NCBI GenBank assembly: GCA_016432325.1
Contig: CP066684.1
Location: forward strand, 352,001-416,000
DNA length: 64,000 nucleotides
Reading direction: 5' to 3'
Source of the DNA: Candidatus Aenigmatarchaeota archaeon
GTDB taxonomy: Archaea; Aenigmatarchaeota; Aenigmatarchaeia; PWEA01; JACQIF01
Positions 55,996 through 64,000 of this stretch are shown here, one piece after another. The number at the start of each line of letters is the position of its first letter. Within the stretch, counting starts at the first letter, position 1. Under the pieces are notes generated by a model. The model was given only the letters and a program-made list of their open reading frames with translations. It was not told where the DNA came from and made no database searches. Position numbers and translations under genes: made by a program.

Positions 55996-56643
55996 ATGGG
56001 CTCCAAAGCAGACGCCATTGTAGTTCTTGGCGGCGGTTTGACATCCGACGGCGGCCTCCCCAAGTGGACAGTTGCCCGTCTGGAAGAGGCGCTGAAGCTC
56101 TACACCGGACAATACGTCGTCGTTCTGGGAGGCATGAGCGTACATGTCCCGGCCGTATTGGACGCCGACAAATTTCCCGTATTCGAAGCATTCGTCGAGG
56201 CCGATTATCTCACGCGTCGAGGTGTGGATCCGCTGCGCGTGTTAAAACAGTGGGCTTCCTTCGATACCATAGGAGAGGCATTCTTCACCCGCGTAATGCA
56301 CACAGACCCTCTTAACATCAGGAGGCTTATTGTGATAACATCCGAATTCCACATGCCGCGCACGCGAGAGCTTTTCACATGGATTTTCGGACTCGACGGC
56401 CCCAGGCCTCCTTACGAACTGGAGTTCGTCGCAACACCCAACGAGGGAATGGACGCCGATATCTTGGCTATCCGGCTCGCGAAAGAAGACAAGGCGCTGG
56501 AAGAGATGCGGCCTATCATGAAAAGCGTCCGGAGCATGGAAGAGTTTCACCGCTATCTGTTCTCGCGGCATGGTGCTTATGCCGTGGCGAAGAAAGTCAG
56601 CCGCGAGAGCGGGGATATTCTTAAAACATATAGGAGCGGCTGA
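55996..56643 (+). CDS. YdcF/DUF218 family protein
   Basis: DAIVVLGGG, S.DTIGEA, ITSEFHMPR. Confidence 0.85.
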   Translation: MGSKADAIVVLGGGLTSDGGLPKWTVARLEEALKLYTGQYVVVLGGMSVHVPAVLDADKFPVFEAFVEADYLTRRGVDPLRVLKQWASFDTIGEAFFTRVMHTDPLNIRRLIVITSEFHMPRTRELFTWIFGLDGPRPPYELEFVATPNEGMDADILAIRLAKEDKALEEMRPIMKSVRSMEEFHRYLFSRHGAYAVAKKVSRESGDILKTYRSG

Positions 56644-56679
56644 AGGGGTTTAATAGCAACGACGCCCATACAACCTAAT

Positions 56680-57618
56680 ATGAAGTTCCGCGCTCTGGGC
56701 TCTACGGGTTTGAGCGTCAGCGAGATAGGAATGGGCTGCTGGGCCATAGGAGGCGACCAGTTCGGCAACTCGTACGGGCCCACGGACGACGACGTTTCGC
56801 TGGCCGCGATAAGGAAGGCCGTGGACATGGGAGTCGCGTTTTTCGACACAGCGGACGTGTACGGCCACGGACACAGCGAGGAGCTTCTCGGAAAGGCTCT
56901 CGCGAACGTGCGCGACCGCGTGTTCATAGCGACGAAGGTCGGCTACGATTTCTACCAGAAACGCGGCAAGGTTTTCGATGAAGAATACGTCCGCTTTGCT
57001 CTCGAACAGTCCCTCAAAAGGCTCGGCACGAACTACATCGACCTCTACCAGATGCACAACCCTTCGCTCGCAGAGGCGCAAAGCGAAAACGTCTGTGCGG
57101 TCTTCAGGGAGCTCAAGAAAGAAGGGCTGATACGCCACTGGGGCATTTCGATACACGACCCGAAAGAGGGCGTGATTGCAATCAAGACGACCAAGCCCGA
57201 AACGATTCAGGTCGCCTATAATATATTCAACCAGTCCGCGGCACAAGAGCTTTTCGCGGTTGCGAAAGAGAACGGGGTGGGAATCATAGCACGCGAGCCG
57301 CTGGCCAACGGCTTCCTGTCAGGCAAGTACGACGAGACGTCGACGTTCCAGCCCGGGGACGTGAGGAACGACGCGATTGCCAAAGACACGATCGTCACGT
57401 ACGTGCGCATGGCCCGCCGCGTCCATGAACTGCTCAACGAACGCAAAGAAACTCTTGCGCAGCTCGCGCTGAAGTTCGTACTGCAACACGACGCAGTTTC
57501 CGTGGCGATTCCTGGAGCGAAGACGCCAGAACAGGCCGAGGAAAATGCGATGGCCAGCGACGTAATGCCGCTGCAAACCGGCGAGCTGGCGCGGTTGCGT
57601 GGTCTCTATGCGGCGTAG
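56680..57618 (+). CDS. Aldo/keto reductase
   Basis: FDTADVYG, ATK, IDLYQMH, PLA.G.L, IPGA. Confidence 0.93.
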   Translation: MKFRALGSTGLSVSEIGMGCWAIGGDQFGNSYGPTDDDVSLAAIRKAVDMGVAFFDTADVYGHGHSEELLGKALANVRDRVFIATKVGYDFYQKRGKVFDEEYVRFALEQSLKRLGTNYIDLYQMHNPSLAEAQSENVCAVFRELKKEGLIRHWGISIHDPKEGVIAIKTTKPETIQVAYNIFNQSAAQELFAVAKENGVGIIAREPLANGFLSGKYDETSTFQPGDVRNDAIAKDTIVTYVRMARRVHELLNERKETLAQLALKFVLQHDAVSVAIPGAKTPEQAEENAMASDVMPLQTGELARLRGLYAA

Positions 57619-58114
57619 TTACGCGGGTTCATACAGGGACAAAATTGCCGTGTTAGAGAAACTGCTGGACGGCTTTGAAGGCAAGCGCGTGTTGGAGATA
57701 GGTTGCGGAGGAGGCGAAGTCGTGCGCGCTCTGGAAGATACGGGCGCGATAGCAAGCTGCGCGGACGTTGAAAACAGACACGCAAGCGCTTCTCATGTCA
57801 ACTGTTCCGCGACAGAGATATCGCAGATGTTCGAAGGCGAGAGTTTCGACTGCGTTCTCGCGCTTGCCCTGTTCGGTTCGCCGCTCGCGCAGTGGTGCAT
57901 GGAGAACGGCACGAACCTGCGGGAAACTGAAATGACGATACTCGGGCAGGCTCGCGCTGTTCTGAAACCCGGAGGCCTCTTCATCGTCTACAACGCCGAC
58001 TCCTGGCTTCCGCACCTCACAGAGCTGAAAACGAGAGACTTCGAGGCTACGGGCTTCTCGTTGGAAGCCGCGACAGGGAACGACACGCTGATTCTCAGGG
58101 CGGAAAAGCCATAA
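57608..58114 (+). CDS. Class I SAM-dependent methyltransferase
   Basis: VLEIGCGGG, FDCV, VLKPGG. Confidence 0.8.
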   Translation: MRRSYAGSYRDKIAVLEKLLDGFEGKRVLEIGCGGGEVVRALEDTGAIASCADVENRHASASHVNCSATEISQMFEGESFDCVLALALFGSPLAQWCMENGTNLRETEMTILGQARAVLKPGGLFIVYNADSWLPHLTELKTRDFEATGFSLEAATGNDTLILRAEKP

Positions 58115-58221
58115 GCGTTGCCCGTGGTCGCGCGTCGGGCATCCCTATATAAACCCCGCGCGCCATCTTTTCGCAGGCATTTTTATGCCTTTCCGAGCGA
58201 GATTGCAGAGGTGTTCGTAAG

Positions 58222-58500
58222 ATGCCCGAATTCAAGTCCCCATACACGCGCGGTTACCACCACACGAAGAGCCGCGGGGCCGAGTCCAACGTGATATGCA
58301 GCTTCTGCGGCCGCACAGTGCCGCGCTACAAGACGATAACGCAGTCGCGGGGCTTCCGCCTCAACGACCCCGCCATAATGCAGGCGATGGACGACCGCCG
58401 CTTCATCCACACATTCGCGCGCAAGGAGTACGCCTGCCCGTCCTGCGCGCGCGGCATGAAAATCGTGAAGAAGAGGGACTACGGGAATCAGAGACGATAA
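58222..58500 (+). CDS. rps26e: 30S ribosomal protein S26e (eS26)
   Basis: SRG...V.CSFCGRTVPRYK...YACPSCA...KIV; GAGGTG RBS. Confidence 0.82.
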   Translation: MPEFKSPYTRGYHHTKSRGAESNVICSFCGRTVPRYKTITQSRGFRLNDPAIMQAMDDRRFIHTFARKEYACPSCARGMKIVKKRDYGNQRR

Positions 58501-58532
58501 CCCTTTTTATAGATATGCCGTGTTTATGGTAC

Positions 58533-59132
58533 ATGGTATTTACCGTAAGCGTCCGGGATACGAGAATTCTTGACGAATCTCTCAGGGCGCGTCGGCCAGT
58601 CACTCTGCCCGACGAATGCACGCACAACAGCCATGTTGTAAGACACCTGCTTTCTTTCGCACCGCGAGTACTGCCTGCGTTCGGAAACCTTGACGAAGAG
58701 GACGTGAAGCGCGTCGCGGACTCTGTCGCCTACCTAATGAGACCCGACTTGATAATTCACGGCATGATTGGTATGGGCCCGCGGCCTGTGGTAACCAAGA
58801 CGCTTCCTGTCATTCATGGGGAAGACGGGGTGCACGTCCACCTGAGAAACGACCCGAAGGTTCTGTCTCCTGACTGGAAGCTGGGGAAGAAAAACGAGTA
58901 TCTGTGGAATACGGGCGCCGAACTTTTCAGATGTTATTCGGGGACTCTGAGCGAGATGCCGTACGCCCTTAAGGAACTGGGAGTCGGCACAGACTACATG
59001 AAACCGGCGTTCGGGCTGGCAGACCTGACCGCGTTCCTTCTGGACCCTAGGGACTTGACGGATTACGACTATACGCCTGAGGAGATAGGCCGCTTCACCC
59101 GCACGCTGGTCAAAGAGATGCGTGAGGTATAA
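58533..59132 (+). CDS. Hypothetical protein
   Basis: ORF after TATA at 58504-58510. Confidence 0.55.
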   Translation: MVFTVSVRDTRILDESLRARRPVTLPDECTHNSHVVRHLLSFAPRVLPAFGNLDEEDVKRVADSVAYLMRPDLIIHGMIGMGPRPVVTKTLPVIHGEDGVHVHLRNDPKVLSPDWKLGKKNEYLWNTGAELFRCYSGTLSEMPYALKELGVGTDYMKPAFGLADLTAFLLDPRDLTDYDYTPEEIGRFTRTLVKEMREV

Positions 59133-59164
59133 CCCTTTTTATTCCATCGGAACGTAACTTATAC

Positions 59165-61036
59165 ATGGCTCTGGACATTCTCGGAAAGATACGCAACCTC
59201 AGAGGCGCGCTCAGGCCAATCGCGCCGAAGAAGGCGCCCACATACCAGTTCGTCCTCAGCGAGGCAGGCGGCCTTGTCATCCTTCCTGAAGAAAAAGACA
59301 CCAAGAAAATCAGCTTCACGTACGATCTCATACCTCCTTATTCGCGCGCCCAAATCCGGTGGAGCGACAGCGACCGTTCGCTCGTATATCGCCTCAGCGA
59401 GCCTACGCTGGACGACGCCGAACAGAAGGCCTATAACCTGATAACAACCTCTCTCGTAGAGCTTGTGGACGTCCAGCTGTCGACGATAAAGAACCAGAAG
59501 GAAGCGATGAACTATCTCGAGCAGAAGGTCCGCCAAATCGTTGAAGAACTTGAAATCGTGCTTGACAAGGCTTCCTACAACAAAGTGATGTATTACATCT
59601 ACAGGAACTTCGTCGGTCTCAACAAGATAGAGGCTCTGATGCACGACCCTTACATAGAGGACGTCGGCTGCGTCGGCTACCACACGCCGATATACGTCGT
59701 CCACAAGCGTTACGGCTCCATGCCTACGAACGTAATATACGACAACGAGGACGAGCTCAAGGAGTTCGTCATCAAGCTCGCGGAGAGGTGCGGCCGCTAC
59801 GTCTCGTACGCGGAGCCCCTTCTGGACGGGTCGCTGCCGGACGGCTCGCGCGTCCAGGCGTCCTTGGCAGAGGACGTCACGACCAAAGGTCCCACGTTCT
59901 CTCTGAGAAAGTTCACGAAAGAGCCTATATCGCCCATCGAAATAATAGACCTCAAGACTGCTTCGCCGGAAGTGATGGGCTATCTATGGCTGATAATCGA
60001 GCAGGGCGTTTCGATGCTGATATGCGGCGGAACGGCCACAGGAAAGACGACTCTGCTCAACGCCATAAGCATGTTCATCCCGTCCGAGGAAAAGGTCGTG
60101 TCCATAGAGGATACGCGCGAGTTGCAACTGCCGCACAAGAACTGGATACCGGCAGTCGCGCGCACGGGCTTCGGCGTTCCGGAAGCCGGGGGCGAGCGTT
60201 ACGGGGAGATAGACATGTTCGACCTTCTGAAGGAGTCGTTCAGGCAGAACCCGGACTACGTCATAGTCGGCGAGATACGAGGCAAGGAAGCGTACGTCAT
60301 GTTCCAGGGCATGGCGTCCGGCCACCCGTCAATAGGAACGATGCACGCGGCAGGCGTGGAGACCGTGGTAAAGAGGCTCATGTCTCCGCCCATCGAACTG
60401 TCGCCGAGCCTCGTCGAGATTCTTGACGTCGTCATCACGCTCGTGTTCGCGCAAGAGAAAGGCAAGTCCTCTAGGCGCGTAAAGAACGTCACGGAGATAC
60501 AATCCGTGGAACAGACAGGCAACGCGCGCACAGGAACGGCCTACAGGTGGATACCGGCGAACGACACGTTCGAACCCGGAGAAGGAACGTACGTGCTGAG
60601 CAAGCTCGCGACGATAAAGGGGATACAGCTCGCCGATATGAAGCGCGAAGTCGCGGCGCGCGCAGCCGTGCTCGAGTGGATGTACGAGAACCGTGTGTTG
60701 GGCTGGAGAGATGTCGTCGCGATAATAGACCGCTACCACCAAGACCCGAACGGCGTTCTGGCCGAGCTCGGCTTGGCCCAGAAGGGCCTGCGTTCGACCA
60801 TAGGCAGGCGCGCCGCTGCGAAGTCCATGGCCATACCAGAAGAGCCGCAGAAACCAGCGGAGGTCGAAGAAGAGCCTGCGCCGCCCAAGCCCGAAGCCTT
60901 TGAGATACCGGCTGTGATAAGACCGACGTTCGAGGAGACGCCGGTCGCCGAAACAATCGCAAAACCTTTGAAGAAGGAGGGCGCCAAGAAGCCGCCGGCG
61001 TCCAGAGCCAAGAAGAGGCCCAAGAAGAACTCCTGA
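59165..61036 (+). CDS. Type IV pilus/secretion ATPase (VirB11/FlaI family)
   Basis: LPDGSRV, GGTATGKT, EDTREL, RQNPDYVIVGEIRG, GH..GTMHA. Confidence 0.93.
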   Translation: MALDILGKIRNLRGALRPIAPKKAPTYQFVLSEAGGLVILPEEKDTKKISFTYDLIPPYSRAQIRWSDSDRSLVYRLSEPTLDDAEQKAYNLITTSLVELVDVQLSTIKNQKEAMNYLEQKVRQIVEELEIVLDKASYNKVMYYIYRNFVGLNKIEALMHDPYIEDVGCVGYHTPIYVVHKRYGSMPTNVIYDNEDELKEFVIKLAERCGRYVSYAEPLLDGSLPDGSRVQASLAEDVTTKGPTFSLRKFTKEPISPIEIIDLKTASPEVMGYLWLIIEQGVSMLICGGTATGKTTLLNAISMFIPSEEKVVSIEDTRELQLPHKNWIPAVARTGFGVPEAGGERYGEIDMFDLLKESFRQNPDYVIVGEIRGKEAYVMFQGMASGHPSIGTMHAAGVETVVKRLMSPPIELSPSLVEILDVVITLVFAQEKGKSSRRVKNVTEIQSVEQTGNARTGTAYRWIPANDTFEPGEGTYVLSKLATIKGIQLADMKREVAARAAVLEWMYENRVLGWRDVVAIIDRYHQDPNGVLAELGLAQKGLRSTIGRRAAAKSMAIPEEPQKPAEVEEEPAPPKPEAFEIPAVIRPTFEETPVAETIAKPLKKEGAKKPPASRAKKRPKKNS

Positions 61037-61148
61037 CCTCCTTTCGTCTATTTTATAAACGGACTTGACATAATAGATTTGGTGTTTGGTTGGCAGACAG
61101 AGTAAAAACAGCGGTTTTTAAAGTCCGCCATGCAGAGGTTGGTGAATC

Positions 61149-61853
61149 ATGGCAGACCGAGTAAAAAGCGGCATCCCGGGCCTCGACGACGTCATAGGCG
61201 GCGGCTTCGTCCGCGGCTCGCTGATTCTCCTCACGGGCACGACAGGAACGGGCAAGACCGTGATGGCGTCGCAGTACATATACAACGCGCTGGCCCGCTA
61301 CAAGGAGAACTGCGTCTACATCTCGTTCGAGGAGCGCGCCGAGGACATTAAGAGGAACATGGCCAACTTCGGCTGGAACTTCGAAGAGTACGAGCGCAAC
61401 GGGAACCTGATATTCGTCAAGTACGACCCGTTCCACATGGAGGACATCTACGGGCTCATCGAAAACCACATAAGGGACGTCGGCGCCACGCGAGTCGTCC
61501 TGGACTCGATAACGGGTCTTGGCCTGAACGTGCGCGACCCGTCCGACCTGAGAACGGCCATATTCAACATCGGCCGCATATTGAAGAAACTCGGCTGCAC
61601 GTCCCTGCTGACGTCAGAAACGCCGTCGGACAATCATCTGGTGCTGAGCCGCTACGGCGTCGAGGAGTATGTGGCCGACGATGTCATCGTGCTCTATTAC
61701 ATTCCCGTAGATACGGAGTTCAGGCGCGCCATGACCGTATGGAAGATGCGCGGTTCCGAGCATTCGAAAAAGATACATCCTTTCCGCATCACGGAGAAGG
61801 GAATCACGATATACCCGCACGAGGAGACCGCCCTCAAACTCGAGAGGGGCTGA
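61149..61853 (+). CDS. KaiC/RAD55-family single-domain ATPase
   Basis: SGIPGLD, GTTGTGKT, SFEE, VLDSI, KMRGS.H. Confidence 0.9.
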   Translation: MADRVKSGIPGLDDVIGGGFVRGSLILLTGTTGTGKTVMASQYIYNALARYKENCVYISFEERAEDIKRNMANFGWNFEEYERNGNLIFVKYDPFHMEDIYGLIENHIRDVGATRVVLDSITGLGLNVRDPSDLRTAIFNIGRILKKLGCTSLLTSETPSDNHLVLSRYGVEEYVADDVIVLYYIPVDTEFRRAMTVWKMRGSEHSKKIHPFRITEKGITIYPHEETALKLERG

Positions 61854-61857
61854 GACA

Positions 61858-62736
61858 GTGCTGGAAGAGTTCAAAATATTGGCGGTGCGGCTGTTCGGCA
61901 GGTGGGCCGACCGCTACGCCGCGAGCTTCGAGGGCATCAGAAAGCCCCTGTCAGAGAGCGGCCTCAAAATACTCTTCCGCACCTACGTGTGCATGGTATT
62001 TTTGTCCGCGTTTCTGGCGTTCGCCGTTTCGCTGCCCGTCTCCCTTGCACTGTCGGCGTTCGCCGTAAAGGACGGGGTGCTGACGCCTGTCGTTGCCGTC
62101 GTGTTCTCAGTCTTTGCCGGCTCGCTTGGGTTCATCATAGCATACTACTATCCATCGTCGCGCGCAAGCGACCGCAAGAGGAACATCGCCGCGAACCTGC
62201 CCTTCGCCGTGAACCACATGGCCGCAATAGCCGCGTCAGGCGTACCGCCTAACGTCATATTCAAGCTTTTGGCCGAGTTCGGGGAGTACGAGGAGATAAG
62301 CAGGGAGTGCGCGAAGGTCGTGCGCGGCGTGGAGTCTTTCGGCCAAGACATCACCACGTCCATATCGCAGGTCGCGGCTGACGTGCCGTCGAACGAATTC
62401 CGAGAACTGCTCTACGGAATGCTGTCGATAATCAAGACCGGCGGCAACCTCAAGCTCTACCTGCAGAACCAAGCCAAGGAGGCGCTCTTCTACTACCGCA
62501 TCCGCAGGCAGGAGTATCTCGAGGCCCTATCGACATATGCGGACTTCTACACCGCCGTTCTCATCGCGGCTCCGCTGTTCCTCGTCTCGATACTCGCGGT
62601 GATAAACATAATCGGCGGCAAGCTCGGCGGCCAGAGCATAGACACGATAATGACGCTGGGCATCTTCATCGGCATCCCGGCGATAAACACCATATTCCTC
62701 GGCTTCATCCACGCGACACAACCGGAGCAGGCGTAA
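61858..62736 (+). CDS. Type IV pilus membrane platform protein (TadC/FlaJ-like, T2SS-F)
   Basis: NLPFA..HMAAIAASG, GQD, TGGNL. Confidence 0.88.
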   Translation: MLEEFKILAVRLFGRWADRYAASFEGIRKPLSESGLKILFRTYVCMVFLSAFLAFAVSLPVSLALSAFAVKDGVLTPVVAVVFSVFAGSLGFIIAYYYPSSRASDRKRNIAANLPFAVNHMAAIAASGVPPNVIFKLLAEFGEYEEISRECAKVVRGVESFGQDITTSISQVAADVPSNEFRELLYGMLSIIKTGGNLKLYLQNQAKEALFYYRIRRQEYLEALSTYADFYTAVLIAAPLFLVSILAVINIIGGKLGGQSIDTIMTLGIFIGIPAINTIFLGFIHATQPEQA

Positions 62737-62738
62737 GC

Positions 62739-63665
62739 ATGTTGATAGAACTGGTTCAGAAACTGAAGGACGTGCTCGGCATCAGGCAAACGAAGGGCAA
62801 GAACCGCGGCTACAGCACGCGCTTCGAGAAATGGGCGGGCAAGAGTTCCCAGAGGCAGATACTGGTTTACGGCTCTCTGTTCGCAGGCGCGGCTCTCGTC
62901 ACGATAAGCTTCTTTTTCTTCCAAGGCTCGAGGCAGGCCTTTGCGATACTCAACCTTCTCGGCGCGTCGATAGCGATTGGCCCTTCGATGATCATAAGGT
63001 ACAACGAGTACCGCACGCTCAAGAGGATAGAGTCCACGTTCCCGCAGTTCCTCAACGACATCGTCGAGTCCACGAACGCCGGCCAGACGCTTCCGCAGGC
63101 TATAAAGTCGGCGTCACGCAACGAGTACGGACCGCTGTCCCCGTATGTCAAAAAGATAGCGGCGCAGATAGACTGGGGCATACCCTTCGACAAGATACTC
63201 GAAAACATGGCGTCGAGCCTGAACAGCAAACTGCTGCGCCGAACGGTTTCAACGATAATAGAGACCCACCGTTCCGGCGGCAACATCTCGGACGTTCTTC
63301 GTGCGGTGAGCGAGTCCGTAACGGAGATAGACCGCATACGCGAAGAGCGCAAGGCGCACGTCTACTCGCAGATGATTACGGGATACACGATATTCTTCGT
63401 CTTTTTGGGCGTCATCGTGGGCATGCAGAAGTTTTTGATACCGACTCTCCTGATAACAGGCGAGGGCGCCGCAGGCATCGGCCTTTCAGGCACCGCAGGC
63501 CTCGTGACGCGCTACCAGTTCCTCTTCCAGGCGCTGATTGTGATACAGGCCATATTCTCCGGGTTTGCGATAGGCAAAATGTCAGAGGGATCGATGGTCG
63601 CCGGCGTCAAGCACGTTATCGTGCTCTTCTCGGTCGGAATGATGGCGATAGTGCTGATATTATAA
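62739..63665 (+). CDS. Type IV pilus membrane platform protein (TadC/FlaJ-like, T2SS-F)
   Basis: FP.FL.D, YGPL, WGIPF, SGG, GKMSEG. Confidence 0.88.
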   Translation: MLIELVQKLKDVLGIRQTKGKNRGYSTRFEKWAGKSSQRQILVYGSLFAGAALVTISFFFFQGSRQAFAILNLLGASIAIGPSMIIRYNEYRTLKRIESTFPQFLNDIVESTNAGQTLPQAIKSASRNEYGPLSPYVKKIAAQIDWGIPFDKILENMASSLNSKLLRRTVSTIIETHRSGGNISDVLRAVSESVTEIDRIREERKAHVYSQMITGYTIFFVFLGVIVGMQKFLIPTLLITGEGAAGIGLSGTAGLVTRYQFLFQALIVIQAIFSGFAIGKMSEGSMVAGVKHVIVLFSVGMMAIVLIL

Positions 63666-63667
63666 CG

Positions 63668-63898
63668 TCAACCGCTGCCGGTTTCTATAGAGTCAAGTAT
63701 TCTCTCGGCCTCCACAAACTCGATTGCCGCAGCCCCTCCAGAGGCTATACCAACCGCGTACGTTGGCACGTAGATGAGTGCCGAAGCCGGGCCCGTTGTG
63801 CTCAGTGTCAGTCCTATGCCAACCAACCCGAGGCATATACTAACGAAGACGGAGAAGAATGTCAGTTTTCTTGTATGGAGGGCATCGAGGTATGGCAT
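63668..63898 (-). CDS. Small two-TM hypothetical protein
   Basis: GGAGGTGA RBS before ATG 63898. Confidence 0.6.
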   Translation of the reverse strand: MPYLDALHTRKLTFFSVFVSICLGLVGIGLTLSTTGPASALIYVPTYAVGIASGGAAAIEFVEAERILDSIETGSG

Positions 63899-63903
63899 GT
63901 CGT

Positions 63904-64000
63904 TCACCTCCAAGCTCTCCGCATTCCAGAGAGACCCAACGCTATAAGAGCCACGCCAGCTATCAGTCCGACAGCGGACGTGACGGTGTTCACGGGTGCC
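63904..64000 (-). CDS. 3' end of a membrane protein (partial)
   Basis: ...VTSAVGLIAGVALIALGLSGMRRAWR*. Confidence 0.5.
   Translation of the reverse strand, partial: APVNTVTSAVGLIAGVALIALGLSGMRRAWR

Noticed and set aside
55937-56191. Long RtcB N-terminal extension
   Set aside because: Antisense to the YdcF-family gene and upstream of the TATA box.
1-64000. Numerous long overlapping antisense or alternate-frame ORFs in the track
   Set aside because: Expected shadows of GC-rich coding sequence; no motifs and overlapping well-supported genes.

Overview
Archaeal chromosomal window, probably from a DPANN-type lineage. This is an inference from AglB, TBP, aIF2-alpha/aIF5B, archaeal ribosomal proteins including eS26, FtsZ2, bacterial/haloarchaeal-type HMG-CoA synthase and compact BRE-TATA promoters. 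1-18 kb is an N-glycosylation and nucleotide-sugar cluster ending in aglB. 18-64 kb is mostly housekeeping: translation, RNase P proteins, tRNA modification and ligation, ftsZ, tbp, purM, nreA and a type IV pilus-like operon. No tRNA, rRNA, CRISPR array or transposase was recognised. The most striking unexplained signal is non-coding. A recurrent small architecture consists of a copy of a local target sequence, a short core hairpin (GAAAC-N3-5-GTTTC or CGAAC-N4-5-GTTCG), an antisense copy of the target, and then the target itself. It sits at about eight translation-start regions as a decoy start/RBS plus anti-start. It also occurs as an in-frame 48-nt insertion in rpl7ae and at the rpl15e 3' end, where the duplicated copy is entirely synonymously recoded (SQNRHYG* twice). 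Other candidates: two structured ncRNAs flanking ftsZ (one with four GCCC-loop hairpins), a catalytic-Cys-less thymidylate-synthase-like gene coupled to a large wHTH protein, and probable ATC/ACG start codons for rps28e and tbp. All motif and structure calls were made by eye; no searches or folding were run.
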